Both the position numbers and the translations under genes were made by a program. Below are positions 38,033 through 47,634 of a DNA stretch of 64,000 bases, piece by piece. Source of the DNA: Candidatus Levybacteria bacterium RIFCSPHIGHO2_01_FULL_37_17 (lineage in GTDB: Bacteria; Patescibacteriota; Microgenomatia; Levybacterales; UBA12049); assembly GCA_001782035.1 (NCBI GenBank), contig MFNL01000001.1, forward strand, positions 2,643 to 66,642, written 5' to 3'. Below the pieces are notes generated by a model that was not told where the DNA came from, did no database searches, and saw only the letters and a program-made list of their open reading frames with translations. Numbering within the stretch: the stretch's first letter is position 1; each line of letters opens with the position of its first letter.

Positions 38033-40489
38033 TTAACATTCCGAATATCCGCATGCGTAACATTTTTTACAACCTTCTTCATATGCAAGAGATGCTGCCC
38101 CGCAGTCTGGGCAAATATCGTAAAGTCCTGTTTGTACTCCTGCTGCTACGAGCTCTCCTGTTGGACTTGAAGCAAGGGTTAATTGCTCAAGCTTTACAAC
38201 TTCCTGTTTCAGCTCAACTCCAGAATCGGGGGGTAGAATGTGAGATTCTTCTGCTTTAATCGTATTGCCGTTTGTATGTCCGTTTGAAAGACCGTTTCCG
38301 TTTGTTGAGTGGCCATTTATCAAAACATTTTTGTCTTCTACCACTCCGTTAACCCTAAATTCAAAGTGCCTCGACAAAACTTTTGCTACTGCATCAGGCA
38401 GCGAGCGTACCCGGTTTTCTCCAAATCCAACGCTTCTTGCGCCACCTATTCCAATAAGCTGGGCGACAACCTGTCTTACTCTTTCCCTTGGAGAAAGTAG
38501 TCCGTTTAATCTTAGGTTGAGAGATATCATTCTTCCTAAAGCATCTGCCATTGCCGCTACATCGGACCCCGATTTTCCAACTGTTATAAATACTTCGAAG
38601 GGCTCTTTTGAAGTATTGTGGTTAATTGTTATATAAGTTTTGCCAACGGGAGTTTCGGTTCCGTAAGTGACTCCTTCAACCACCATTGGCCTTGGAATAA
38701 CCGGCACTTGTGGGATTTGAACAACTTCTGCTTTAACTTCATCTTTTTTATCTTCTTTTCTTGACAGCACCCCTTCCCTGCTTCCATCTCTCATATAGGT
38801 TATACCTTTAAGCCCACTGTCATATGCCATTGTGTAGAGTTTTTTTACATCCTCTACTGTATGTGCATTTGGCGCATTAACGGTTTTTGAAATTGAACTA
38901 TCAATGTAGTCTTGGGCAACCGCTTGAACTTTGACATGTTCTTCGGGGGTCAAATCATTTGCCGACACAAAAAAGTTAGGTTTTTCTGCGCCTGCATTCT
39001 CTTTTTTCCATTCTTCAAATAGCGGATGGTACATTAAATGCTCACCGAGTCTATCCCGTCTTATAAATTCAAACTCATAAACCGGCTCAACTCCGGATGA
39101 TACTCCCGAAATAAGGGATGTCGTTCCAGTTGGTGCAATAGTTAAAAGGACCGCATTTCTTATTCCTTGTTTGTAGATTTTCTTTCTTATATCCTCCGGC
39201 AGTTTCTGGATATGATATCCTTTTTGATATAAATCTTTCTTGTATTTAGGAAAGCTTCCTTTCTCAATAGCAATATCGGAAGAAGCAATGTAAGCATTGT
39301 CTCTTAATGTTTTGAATATTTTCTCAATTACGGGAAGACTTTCTTCCGAGCCATATTTCATCTTCATTTTTATTAATGCATCGGCAAGCCCTAATATTCC
39401 AAGCCCAGTTCTTCTAATGTCCTTTGCCACTCTTTCATTTTCTTTATAAAAATAGTATGTTTCATCAATTACGTTATCCAAAAATCTCATCGCAACTCTT
39501 ACGTCTTTTCCAAAATTTCCATAATCAAAGACTCCTTTTTTGTTTACATATGCAGCCAAATTCATTGCTCCTAGGTTACATACTGCCCACGGAGAAAGAG
39601 GCTGTTCACCGCAAGGATTTGTGGCAGAAAGCCTCTCGAAATACCAAGTGTTGCTTCTTTTGTTGCTTCTATCCAAAAAGTGAAGTCCCGGCTCGGCAGA
39701 CCTCCAAGCCGCCGTACATATTAAATCCCACAAGTATTTTGCTTTAACAGTTTTATAAACCTTAAGCTTACCGCCTGCTTTTTTCCATTCTTCAACGTCG
39801 CCTTTCCACTTTTTGTCATATTTTTTATCGTCCAAATCAGGGAAAACGAGCTGCCAATCGCCGTCTTTTTTAACAGCGTCCATAAATGCATCTGACACAC
39901 AAACCGAAAGATTTGCTCCGTTTATTTTGCTTAAGTCTTGTTTTACAGTTATAAACTCCTCGATATCCGGATGCCAATCATGAAGCATCAACATCAGGGC
40001 ACCACGTCTACTTCCACCTTGCTGTACAATATCTTTCGTCGCCAAAGAATATAATTCTGCCCAGTTCATCGGACCCGAAGAAAATCCGTTTACTTTTTTT
40101 ACTCTTGCGCCTCGGGGACGCAACGAGGAAAGGTTAAGTCCAACACCACCTGCTCTTGCCATAATTTCAATCATTTGCGTGAGATTTTCCATTATTCCAC
40201 CCCTACTATCCGGAGGGTTTGGAATTACGAAACAATTAAAGTAAGAAACATCATAGCCAGTTCCCGCGCCTGAGAGTATTCGGCCTCCCGGAAGGAACTT
40301 AAAATCATACATTGCTTCAAAAAACTTCTTTTCCCACTTTTTACGGTTCTTTACTTTTTCGACACTGGCAATAGCGCGAGCCACTCTCCTCCACATCTCA
40401 TCAGGAGTTTTTTCCAGAGGATTTCCAGCAGTATCTTTTAATGAATACCTGTCTAAAAATACTTTTTGTCTTACGCCATCTAATTTCAT
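38033..40489 (-). CDS. nrdJ: Adenosylcobalamin-dependent (class II) ribonucleotide reductase
   Basis: FNCFV, TNPCGEQ, CNLG, IAPTGT; TSCPD-like region; C-terminal CPDC...CYAC. Confidence 0.95.
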   Translation of the reverse strand: MKLDGVRQKVFLDRYSLKDTAGNPLEKTPDEMWRRVARAIASVEKVKNRKKWEKKFFEAMYDFKFLPGGRILSGAGTGYDVSYFNCFVIPNPPDSRGGIMENLTQMIEIMARAGGVGLNLSSLRPRGARVKKVNGFSSGPMNWAELYSLATKDIVQQGGSRRGALMLMLHDWHPDIEEFITVKQDLSKINGANLSVCVSDAFMDAVKKDGDWQLVFPDLDDKKYDKKWKGDVEEWKKAGGKLKVYKTVKAKYLWDLICTAAWRSAEPGLHFLDRSNKRSNTWYFERLSATNPCGEQPLSPWAVCNLGAMNLAAYVNKKGVFDYGNFGKDVRVAMRFLDNVIDETYYFYKENERVAKDIRRTGLGILGLADALIKMKMKYGSEESLPVIEKIFKTLRDNAYIASSDIAIEKGSFPKYKKDLYQKGYHIQKLPEDIRKKIYKQGIRNAVLLTIAPTGTTSLISGVSSGVEPVYEFEFIRRDRLGEHLMYHPLFEEWKKENAGAEKPNFFVSANDLTPEEHVKVQAVAQDYIDSSISKTVNAPNAHTVEDVKKLYTMAYDSGLKGITYMRDGSREGVLSRKEDKKDEVKAEVVQIPQVPVIPRPMVVEGVTYGTETPVGKTYITINHNTSKEPFEVFITVGKSGSDVAAMADALGRMISLNLRLNGLLSPRERVRQVVAQLIGIGGARSVGFGENRVRSLPDAVAKVLSRHFEFRVNGVVEDKNVLINGHSTNGNGLSNGHTNGNTIKAEESHILPPDSGVELKQEVVKLEQLTLASSPTGELVAAGVQTGLYDICPDCGAASLAYEEGCKKCYACGYSEC

Positions 40490-40501
40490 AATTTGTCTTT
40501 C

Positions 40502-40951
40502 TTAATTGATAAGCCTTTTTACTTCTTTTTCAAAATCTTCAACGTCTACGAAGTTTTTAAACACACTTGAAAATCTTATATAAGCCACTTTGTCTAATTT
40601 TTTAAGTCTTGCTGCTACCATATTGCCTATTTTTTTACTTTCCACTTCAACTCCTGTTTCTCCTCTTAGTTCCATTTCGATATCTGTTACTATTTGCTCT
40701 ATTACATCAAGAGGAATTTTTGTCTTTTCGCAAGAGCGTATTATTCCTCTTTTTAATTTATCTCTATCAAATTGTTCCCGTCTTCCGTCCTTTTTAATTA
40801 CTATTAAATTTATATTTTCAATTCTCTCGTAAGTCGTAAACCTTTTATTGCATTGTCCACACTCGCGTCTTCTTCTTATAGTCTCTAAGTCTTCACTGTC
40901 TCTTGTTTCTACTACTTCTGTATCTGTTAATCCGCAATATGGACACTTCAT
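40502..40951 (-). CDS. nrdR: Transcriptional repressor NrdR
   Basis: MKCPYC, RRRREC..C..RFTTYE, ATP cone, VAYIRFSSV. Confidence 0.97.
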   Translation of the reverse strand: MKCPYCGLTDTEVVETRDSEDLETIRRRRECGQCNKRFTTYERIENINLIVIKKDGRREQFDRDKLKRGIIRSCEKTKIPLDVIEQIVTDIEMELRGETGVEVESKKIGNMVAARLKKLDKVAYIRFSSVFKNFVDVEDFEKEVKRLIN

Positions 40952-40958
40952 ACATTAA

Positions 40959-41010
40959 TCACTAGATTTAGTGTTAGAAAAAGCATATGGCACTACATTT
41001 ACCCTGTCAA
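40959..41010 (-). promoter_or_regulatory. Promoter with two tandem NrdR boxes
   Basis: ACACTAAATCTAGTGA (40959-40974) and a weaker box 31 bp away (40990-41005); TTGACA-17-TATGCT overlapping them. Confidence 0.8.
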
Positions 41011-41181
41011 CTATTAATATATATATCAAATAAGGTCAATTTGAAATTTAGCCTCAAAATATAATTTGTGGAAATAATTTTTAGATAAATTTTAAAACTC
41101 ACCGATTTTTTGTGAACAGTTTATAAAATGTCTAAAAAATTCTGTATAAAAAAAATGCTCTATTGGGGCAGTTTAAGCTGG

Positions 41182-41721
41182 TTAATCGGACTTTATTATT
41201 TCCAATCTTTCCTGAAAATCATGTGCCCTTGCTTCTAAAAATCTAAGATTTAAAAGCGTATCCCCTTTTTGTTCCGATTGCATTTCCCGAATTACAAACT
41301 GGTGTTTTTTAGAAGCGGTAATCATTTTATCTAAAAGTTGTTCTACATTTTCACCTTTTTTCTTTGCTTTAAAAATGTTAGAAATTGCGTCGTCAAAATA
41401 ATTTCCGCTTTTGGAAAGAGTTGTGATAGCTAGATCATCTTTTGCTTTTTCCAACAGTGCTTTTCCAGCTCCCAATCTTTTATCCGCCTGTAATAAATCA
41501 AACTCCGCTTTTTTCATTTCATCTCTTATCAAAAATTTTAAGATATTATCCCGTATTGCTTTTAAATAATATAAAGGGTTGTCGGGCAAGAGACCGGGAT
41601 AGACAAGTTCGTATTCAACTTTAGGAAGTGCAGAAGACGTTGATACGGTTTGGGCCAAAGATTTACTAAAGAATGATGAAATTAAGACGAGCAGTAAAAC
41701 GATTAAAATTCTTCTAAGCAT
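41182..41721 (-). CDS. DUF5667-like secreted protein
   Basis: Signal peptide, YPGLLPDNPLYYLK, ADKRL. Confidence 0.8.
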   Translation of the reverse strand: MLRRILIVLLLVLISSFFSKSLAQTVSTSSALPKVEYELVYPGLLPDNPLYYLKAIRDNILKFLIRDEMKKAEFDLLQADKRLGAGKALLEKAKDDLAITTLSKSGNYFDDAISNIFKAKKKGENVEQLLDKMITASKKHQFVIREMQSEQKGDTLLNLRFLEARAHDFQERLEIIKSD

Positions 41722-41742
41722 GTTAGGATTATAGCACTTTTT

Positions 41743-42798
41743 TTAAGAGGCAGAATATTTTTTACCAACCATTATTACTTCTTCAACTAATCTGTTCGCA
41801 TATCCGTATTCGTTGTCATACCAGGCTATAACCTTAACCATATTTCCTATTACTTGAGTCAGCGATAAATCGACAATGGATGAATAAGAACTTCCAATAA
41901 TGTCAGACGATACAATTGGGTCATCTGTTACAGTTAAAATGCCTTCAAATGCGGCGAGCTTACTCGCATTTCGCAGTGCGCTGTTTATTTCCTCTTTGGT
42001 CGTCTCTTTCTTAAGAATAAAGGTAAAGTCAGAAAGAGAACCAACGGGTACAGGGACTCGAATCGCAAGTCCGTTGAACAAACCTTTAAGCTCCGGCAAA
42101 GCTTCTGTTGCAGCAATTGTTGCACCTGTTGAGGTTGGAATTATATTTTGCGAAGCAGCCCTTGCACGTCTGTAGTCTTTATGTCCACCATCTTGGAGCT
42201 CTTGGTCTGAAGTAAACCCATGAATTGTCGTCATCATTGCCTTCTCCACCCCGAAGCTGTCTACCATTACTTTTGCAACAGGAGTTATGCAATTTGTTGT
42301 ACAGGACGCATTTGAAATTGCATTTTCTCCTTTGTATTCTTTGTCATTTACAGACAAAACATAAGTTGGAATGCTACCCTCTTTAACCGGGGCTGACAAA
42401 ACTACAGACTTTGCCCCCGCCCCTAAGTGTTTTTTTAATCCTTCTTCATCGGTAAACTTTCCCGTTGATTCGATTACGACATCCACACTTAAATCTTTCC
42501 AGGGTAAAAGGGTTGGGTCTTTTTGCGAAAAAACAGGAATTTTTTTATTGTTAAGAGCAATATAGCCAATCAAGTCCTGATGTGTTGAGTTTTTCTCTTT
42601 TTCCGCATATGAAACGTCCAGTGCATAAATCGGGCCGTAGCTTGTATCGTATTTTAAAAGATACATCCAACCCTTTATATCAGTTGAACTTCCTGCGTTT
42701 ATTGCAACGACATCAATTTGATCCGAATACTTTTCCAAAATTACCCTATGTGCAACTCTTCCGATTCTTCCATAACCATTTATTGCAAGTCTTACCAT
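41743..42798 (-). CDS. gap: Glyceraldehyde-3-phosphate dehydrogenase
   Basis: INGYGRIGR, SNASCTTNC, WYDNE. Confidence 0.97.
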   Translation of the reverse strand: MVRLAINGYGRIGRVAHRVILEKYSDQIDVVAINAGSSTDIKGWMYLLKYDTSYGPIYALDVSYAEKEKNSTHQDLIGYIALNNKKIPVFSQKDPTLLPWKDLSVDVVIESTGKFTDEEGLKKHLGAGAKSVVLSAPVKEGSIPTYVLSVNDKEYKGENAISNASCTTNCITPVAKVMVDSFGVEKAMMTTIHGFTSDQELQDGGHKDYRRARAASQNIIPTSTGATIAATEALPELKGLFNGLAIRVPVPVGSLSDFTFILKKETTKEEINSALRNASKLAAFEGILTVTDDPIVSSDIIGSSYSSIVDLSLTQVIGNMVKVIAWYDNEYGYANRLVEEVIMVGKKYSAS

Positions 42799-42846
42799 AA
42801 ATTTAGTATAACAGAGGGATTAAAAATGGGACAAGGGGAAAACAAA

Positions 42847-43278
42847 TTATTGAGTTTTTAATTCATCTCTAACTCTCATTAAAGCTTTACCCATATGATT
42901 TGCTCCCCTTCCGTCTTTCCCGCTTCCCCAGAAATCATCATTTGGATTCTCCTCGACAATTTCTTTGTCGCCCGTTTTCATTAATGCATCTTTTACTTCT
43001 TCGTGTTGCATAACTTTTTCTCTCAAGAGTTCGTACATAATGTTTAATTTTATGCGTGACCAGTCTTCTCTTTTCCCTGGACGCGATCTCCCGATATTAA
43101 ATGCCATTAGGGGACTTTGCGCATTTCTAACTTCTTCTCGCGTGGGCTCGTCTAAGAACTTTTGAGTTTGAAAAGCGTGTTCTAAAGTGGGATATTCAAC
43201 TCCTTTATAAACTAACTTGTGGGGAGAGAAGTTTGAAAATAAAAAATAGGATGTTTCGTAATGTGGAATCTTTATCAT
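42847..43278 (-). CDS. NADAR (YbiA-like) family protein
   Basis: FSNF, EHAFQTQKF, D.FWG, N.MGK.LM.VR. Confidence 0.92.
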   Translation of the reverse strand: MIKIPHYETSYFLFSNFSPHKLVYKGVEYPTLEHAFQTQKFLDEPTREEVRNAQSPLMAFNIGRSRPGKREDWSRIKLNIMYELLREKVMQHEEVKDALMKTGDKEIVEENPNDDFWGSGKDGRGANHMGKALMRVRDELKTQ

Positions 43279-44312
43279 TTTTCTAAAACTTCTATTCCCG
43301 GAAGTTTAATACCAGCTAAAAATTCCAGCATTGCGCCTCCGCCCGTTGAAACAAATTTGAATTTTTTAAGTAGTCCTTCTTTTCTTAAAAACTCAATAGT
43401 TTCCCCTCCTCCTACTATTGTATAAACATTTGCGTTTGCAACTGCTTTTGCGATTTCGCGAGTTCCCAAGTCAAAACATTTTTCAAATTCCCCCATTGGT
43501 CCGTTCCAGACAATTGTTTTAGAAGAATTTATTACCTGAATAAAGTTCTGAATTGAAACCTCTGAAATATCTTCCTTATCAGAGGTTAAATCAGCTACAA
43601 AAAGTATTGATTTTTTTCCAGCTAGCTTTTCGTGAGCTACTTTTGCAAGTTCCCTTGTATGTTCCGCAATTTCTCCTCCAACCAAAACATAATCCGCCAA
43701 GTGGTGCATTTTTTCAACTAAGAGGAGTTTTGTTTCGATTTTTGCACCACCTATTATAATAGTTAGCGGACGAACAGGATCGTTGAGAATTTTTGAAAGC
43801 TCCTCTACTTCTTTTTGAAGTCTAAGCCCTGCATAAGATGGAAGAAATTGCGTTATTGAACTTACAGACGCATGTGCTCTATGAGAAACGGCAAAAGCAT
43901 CATTTACATAAAGGTCGGCGCAAGAAGCGAGTTTTTTAGCAAAATCTTCATTGTTTTCTTCCTCTTCTTTAAAAAATCGAAGATTCTCAAGTAGCACTAT
44001 TTTTTCTGCAACTTGGAAACCATCAAAATCTTCTATTTTAATTTCTTTAGTTTCCCATTCGAAATTTTTTGAAAACCAATCTGCTACAATTTTTAAACTA
44101 TACTTTTCATCCTTGCCGGCTGGCCGCCCAAGGTGACCAAGTATTATTATTTCTTGTGCTTTTTGCAGGAGATAGTCTATTGTTTCCAATGAGGATTCAA
44201 GTCTTGAGTCATCATTTATTTCCCCATTTTCAACTGGCACATCCAAATCAAGTCTGAGAAGAATTTTTTTTCCTTCTAAGTCTGCGACTTGAATTTTTTT
44301 CAAATTAATCAT
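43275..44312 (-). CDS. pgk: Phosphoglycerate kinase
   Basis: RLDLDVP, HLGRP, LENLRF, GGAK, WNGPMG, STGGGA; start ATG 44312 (TAATG overlap). Confidence 0.95.
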   Translation of the reverse strand: MINLKKIQVADLEGKKILLRLDLDVPVENGEINDDSRLESSLETIDYLLQKAQEIIILGHLGRPAGKDEKYSLKIVADWFSKNFEWETKEIKIEDFDGFQVAEKIVLLENLRFFKEEEENNEDFAKKLASCADLYVNDAFAVSHRAHASVSSITQFLPSYAGLRLQKEVEELSKILNDPVRPLTIIIGGAKIETKLLLVEKMHHLADYVLVGGEIAEHTRELAKVAHEKLAGKKSILFVADLTSDKEDISEVSIQNFIQVINSSKTIVWNGPMGEFEKCFDLGTREIAKAVANANVYTIVGGGETIEFLRKEGLLKKFKFVSTGGGAMLEFLAGIKLPGIEVLEK

Positions 44313-45310
44313 TAGTCTGTAAATTCCTGGCAATACATTTGGCCGTATACTCCTCCGTCTATTGCACCAATTCCCACTTTTCCAAAATCCTTTGACAAAA
44401 TATTTGCTTTATGGCCTTCGCTGTTCATAAGCCCTTGCATTGCCAGCTCAACATTTGGAGCCAGGGCAAGGTTTTCTCCGGCAAACTTAAAGTTTACATC
44501 TGCTGCAACCATTCTATCAAAAGGCGAAAGACCCTCGGGGGTGTAATGGGAAAAATATCCTCGTCTAAACATGTCGCTACAATGTGCGCGACCAACTTTT
44601 GCAAGTTGTTCTGAAAAGGAGAGAATGGAAAGCCCTTGAGAAGAACGCTCCATGTTTACTTTGGCAAACATTTCTTGCTCTGCGGCGTAATCAACGCTGA
44701 TATTTTCTGCTTTAAAGTTAAGTCCTACACTTTGATCAGATTGTGGCTCGACTGTAAGAAAAGATAGCGTATCGTTTACAGCCCCTCCGAAAACTTCATT
44801 TAAACCATGTGCAAAAACCTGTGTATTTGAAACTAAAACATTGCCAAACCTTGAATCTGTAACCGAATTTTTTAAAAAGACCGAAAAAGGAAGCGCTATT
44901 ATAAGACTTAATATAAAAGCGGAAAGAACCAAACCGGATAATACTCCCGGAAATACTCCTAGTAGTTTTTCGAAAGGCAAAAGCTTGCTTAAATTCGGGT
45001 TGGATTTCATAAAGGCAGGGAAAGAGAAAAAAATCTTCTTGAGTACCACGCTAAATATAATTTCAAACATTATTGCGGCAATTAAAAAACCTAAGGCGTT
45101 TGCAAAACCCTGCGGAATACTAAAAACTTGAACTAAAACTTCAGAAAGCCTGCTGTAAAAAGCAAGACCAAAAACAAATGAGAGAACAAAACTGATAAAG
45201 TCCACAAAAGAGGCAAAAAAACCTAAAAAGTAACCTTCAATCGCATAAATCGTTACTATTACAAGCAGAATGAAGTCAATCCAATTGAGGCCAAAATAAC
45301 TTACGTCCAC
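44312..45310 (-). CDS. CvpA-family membrane domain fused to CAP/SCP domain
   Basis: N-terminal TMs; HCSDM...YFSH, GENLA, LMNSEGHKANIL. Confidence 0.87.
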   Translation of the reverse strand: MDVSYFGLNWIDFILLVIVTIYAIEGYFLGFFASFVDFISFVLSFVFGLAFYSRLSEVLVQVFSIPQGFANALGFLIAAIMFEIIFSVVLKKIFFSFPAFMKSNPNLSKLLPFEKLLGVFPGVLSGLVLSAFILSLIIALPFSVFLKNSVTDSRFGNVLVSNTQVFAHGLNEVFGGAVNDTLSFLTVEPQSDQSVGLNFKAENISVDYAAEQEMFAKVNMERSSQGLSILSFSEQLAKVGRAHCSDMFRRGYFSHYTPEGLSPFDRMVAADVNFKFAGENLALAPNVELAMQGLMNSEGHKANILSKDFGKVGIGAIDGGVYGQMYCQEFTD

Positions 45311-45336
45311 TTAATTATTATAGTACACACTATTAA

Positions 45337-47574
45337 ATGGCTCAAGCCAAATATGGTATCATTGTGAATGTGAAAAAGAGCAACTTTTCTTATTATTTAA
45401 CTAGGGTTAAAGGTTTTCCAAGAATTCATTTAATCGCAGCTGCTTTGTGCTTGATTTTCCTTGGGGCATTTTACTTCTATATATTAAAAGACCTGCCTCT
45501 TCCTACAAATCTGTCTTCTTCATCAAACCCAGAGACGACTTTAATTTATGATAGAGATGGAAAGATTTTATACAATATCTACGACAAGCGAAACCAAATA
45601 TCTATTCCACTTGCTTCTATGCCCAAACATTTAAAGGAAGCGACACTTTCTATAGAAGATAAAAATTTTTACCACCATGGAGCTATTGATTTAAGGGGAA
45701 TGACAAGAGCAGCAATATCAATTGTTTTCAGGCAGCAAATACAAGGCGGCTCAACTCTAACCCAGCAGCTTGTAAAAAACAGCCTTCTTACCCAGGAAAG
45801 AACAATCCCCCGCAAAATTAAAGAGATCCTTCTTTCTTTTGCTACAGAATTTCTCTACACAAAAGACCAGATTTTGGAAATGTATTTAAACCAGACTCCT
45901 TACGGAGGCCTGGCTTATGGAGTTGAGGCGGCCGCAGATACTTACTTTGGAAAACACGCGAAAGACTTAACTCTGTCTGAGGCTGCACTTATTGTAGGGC
46001 TTCCGCAATCCCCAACCCGTTATTCTCCTTTTGGGGCCCGTCCTGAGCTTGCAAAAGCAAGACAACTTGAGGTGCTGAAGAATATGGAAGAAGCAGGATA
46101 TATAACATCTGCGCAGAGACAAAAAGCAGAGGGCGAAAAATTAAATTATAAAACTATTGCAACGGAAATTAAGGCACCGCATTTTGTTTTGTATATAAAA
46201 GATTTGTTGATTGAAAAATATGGCGAAAAGGTAGTAGAAGAGGGAGGATTAAAAGTTACAACGAGTCTCGATTTGACAATCCAAACTGCGGCAGAAGCCT
46301 CTGTTTCTGCACAAATTGACAGCCTCCCAAAATTCTACCACGTAACAAACGGTGCTGCTTTGGTCACAAATCCTTCAACTGGTGAAATTCTTGCAATGGT
46401 TGGAAGCAAAGATTATTTTGATAGCGAAATTGACGGAAATGTAAATTTAACAACTTCGCTAAGACAGCCAGGCTCATCTATAAAACCTATAAATTATGCT
46501 GTTGGTCTTATAAAAGGCTATAGCGCATCAACTGCTTTTGTAGACCAGGCCACCTGTTTTTCAAACCAGGGAGGAAGAAACTACTGTCCGAAAAACTATG
46601 ACAACCAATGGCATGGTCTAACTCAAGTTAGATATGCCCTTGCAAACTCATACAATATTCCGGCTGTTAAAATGCTCAAAACCAACACAATTCCTTCTAT
46701 GATTGCAACCGCATCTGCTATGGGAATAACAACTTTTGAGGATGCCTCAAATTATGGGCTTTCTCTAACTTTAGGGGGAGGAGAAGTGAGAATGACCGAA
46801 ATGGCAACAGCATTCGGAGTTTTTGCAAACGGCGGGTATAGAATAAACCTCCACCCAATACTTAAAGTGGTTGATAAAAAAGGGAAAGTTTTAGAGGAGT
46901 ACTCATCCCCCAAGAGTCCGATTTTTGGCAAAAAAATAATTGAGAGCGGAGTTGCTTTTATAATTTCAGATATTCTTTCTGATAATGGAGCAAGAACTGC
47001 CGCTTTTGGACCAAATTCACAGCTTAGAATAGATGGGAAAACGGTATCAGTCAAAACAGGTACTACAAACGACTATAAAGATAATTGGACAATAGGCTAT
47101 ACACCTTCATTTTTAGTTGCGACTTGGGTCGGGAATTTCGACAATACTGCGATGAGCGGGGTTGTATCTGGAGTAACAGGAGCAGCCCCCATTTGGAACG
47201 ATATAATGTCGTATGTTTTAGCAGGAAAGCCTGATGAACCTCCTTCAAGACCTGCCTCCATTGTTCAAAAACGGGTTTGTCAAGACACTGGGGTTGTTGC
47301 ATCTCTTGAGCAAGGTAAAGAGTGTGCAACAAGACTTGAGTACTTTATAAAAGGAACAGAAGGCGAGAAAAGTCCAATTACTCAACAGGATATATTTATT
47401 AAAAAAGGTTCGGAAGATATTCCTGCCCTAGATGACACAACAGACATTGAGGCTAAAAGCTTTTTGCTTTATGTTGACCCGACCGGGGATAAATATTGTC
47501 TAAATTGCAAAAATCCCGGAGGAATTCCTACTGTAAAATCATCTCCTACTCCAAGCCCTACTCCTTCTCCCTAG
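45337..47574 (+). CDS. Class A penicillin-binding protein (PBP1A family)
   Basis: EDKNFY.H, GGSTLTQQ, RKIKE, QPGSSIK, SYN, KTGT. Confidence 0.95.
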   Translation: MAQAKYGIIVNVKKSNFSYYLTRVKGFPRIHLIAAALCLIFLGAFYFYILKDLPLPTNLSSSSNPETTLIYDRDGKILYNIYDKRNQISIPLASMPKHLKEATLSIEDKNFYHHGAIDLRGMTRAAISIVFRQQIQGGSTLTQQLVKNSLLTQERTIPRKIKEILLSFATEFLYTKDQILEMYLNQTPYGGLAYGVEAAADTYFGKHAKDLTLSEAALIVGLPQSPTRYSPFGARPELAKARQLEVLKNMEEAGYITSAQRQKAEGEKLNYKTIATEIKAPHFVLYIKDLLIEKYGEKVVEEGGLKVTTSLDLTIQTAAEASVSAQIDSLPKFYHVTNGAALVTNPSTGEILAMVGSKDYFDSEIDGNVNLTTSLRQPGSSIKPINYAVGLIKGYSASTAFVDQATCFSNQGGRNYCPKNYDNQWHGLTQVRYALANSYNIPAVKMLKTNTIPSMIATASAMGITTFEDASNYGLSLTLGGGEVRMTEMATAFGVFANGGYRINLHPILKVVDKKGKVLEEYSSPKSPIFGKKIIESGVAFIISDILSDNGARTAAFGPNSQLRIDGKTVSVKTGTTNDYKDNWTIGYTPSFLVATWVGNFDNTAMSGVVSGVTGAAPIWNDIMSYVLAGKPDEPPSRPASIVQKRVCQDTGVVASLEQGKECATRLEYFIKGTEGEKSPITQQDIFIKKGSEDIPALDDTTDIEAKSFLLYVDPTGDKYCLNCKNPGGIPTVKSSPTPSPTPSP

Positions 47575-47634
47575 TTTTGCCTCTTTTCAAAATACTACAC
47601 CTATAGTATAATCCAAAAAACTCCTCATAAATAT

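Noticed and set aside
38150-38330. Possible intein or insertion in nrdJ (NGH/NGN-rich segment)
   Set aside because: No intein termini or endonuclease motifs; it looks like a low-complexity linker before the terminal zinc ribbon
41011-41180. AT-rich gap with DnaA-box-like words as oriC
   Set aside because: Boxes have two or more mismatches, are few, and dnaA/dnaN are absent; the single box at 14025 is expected by chance
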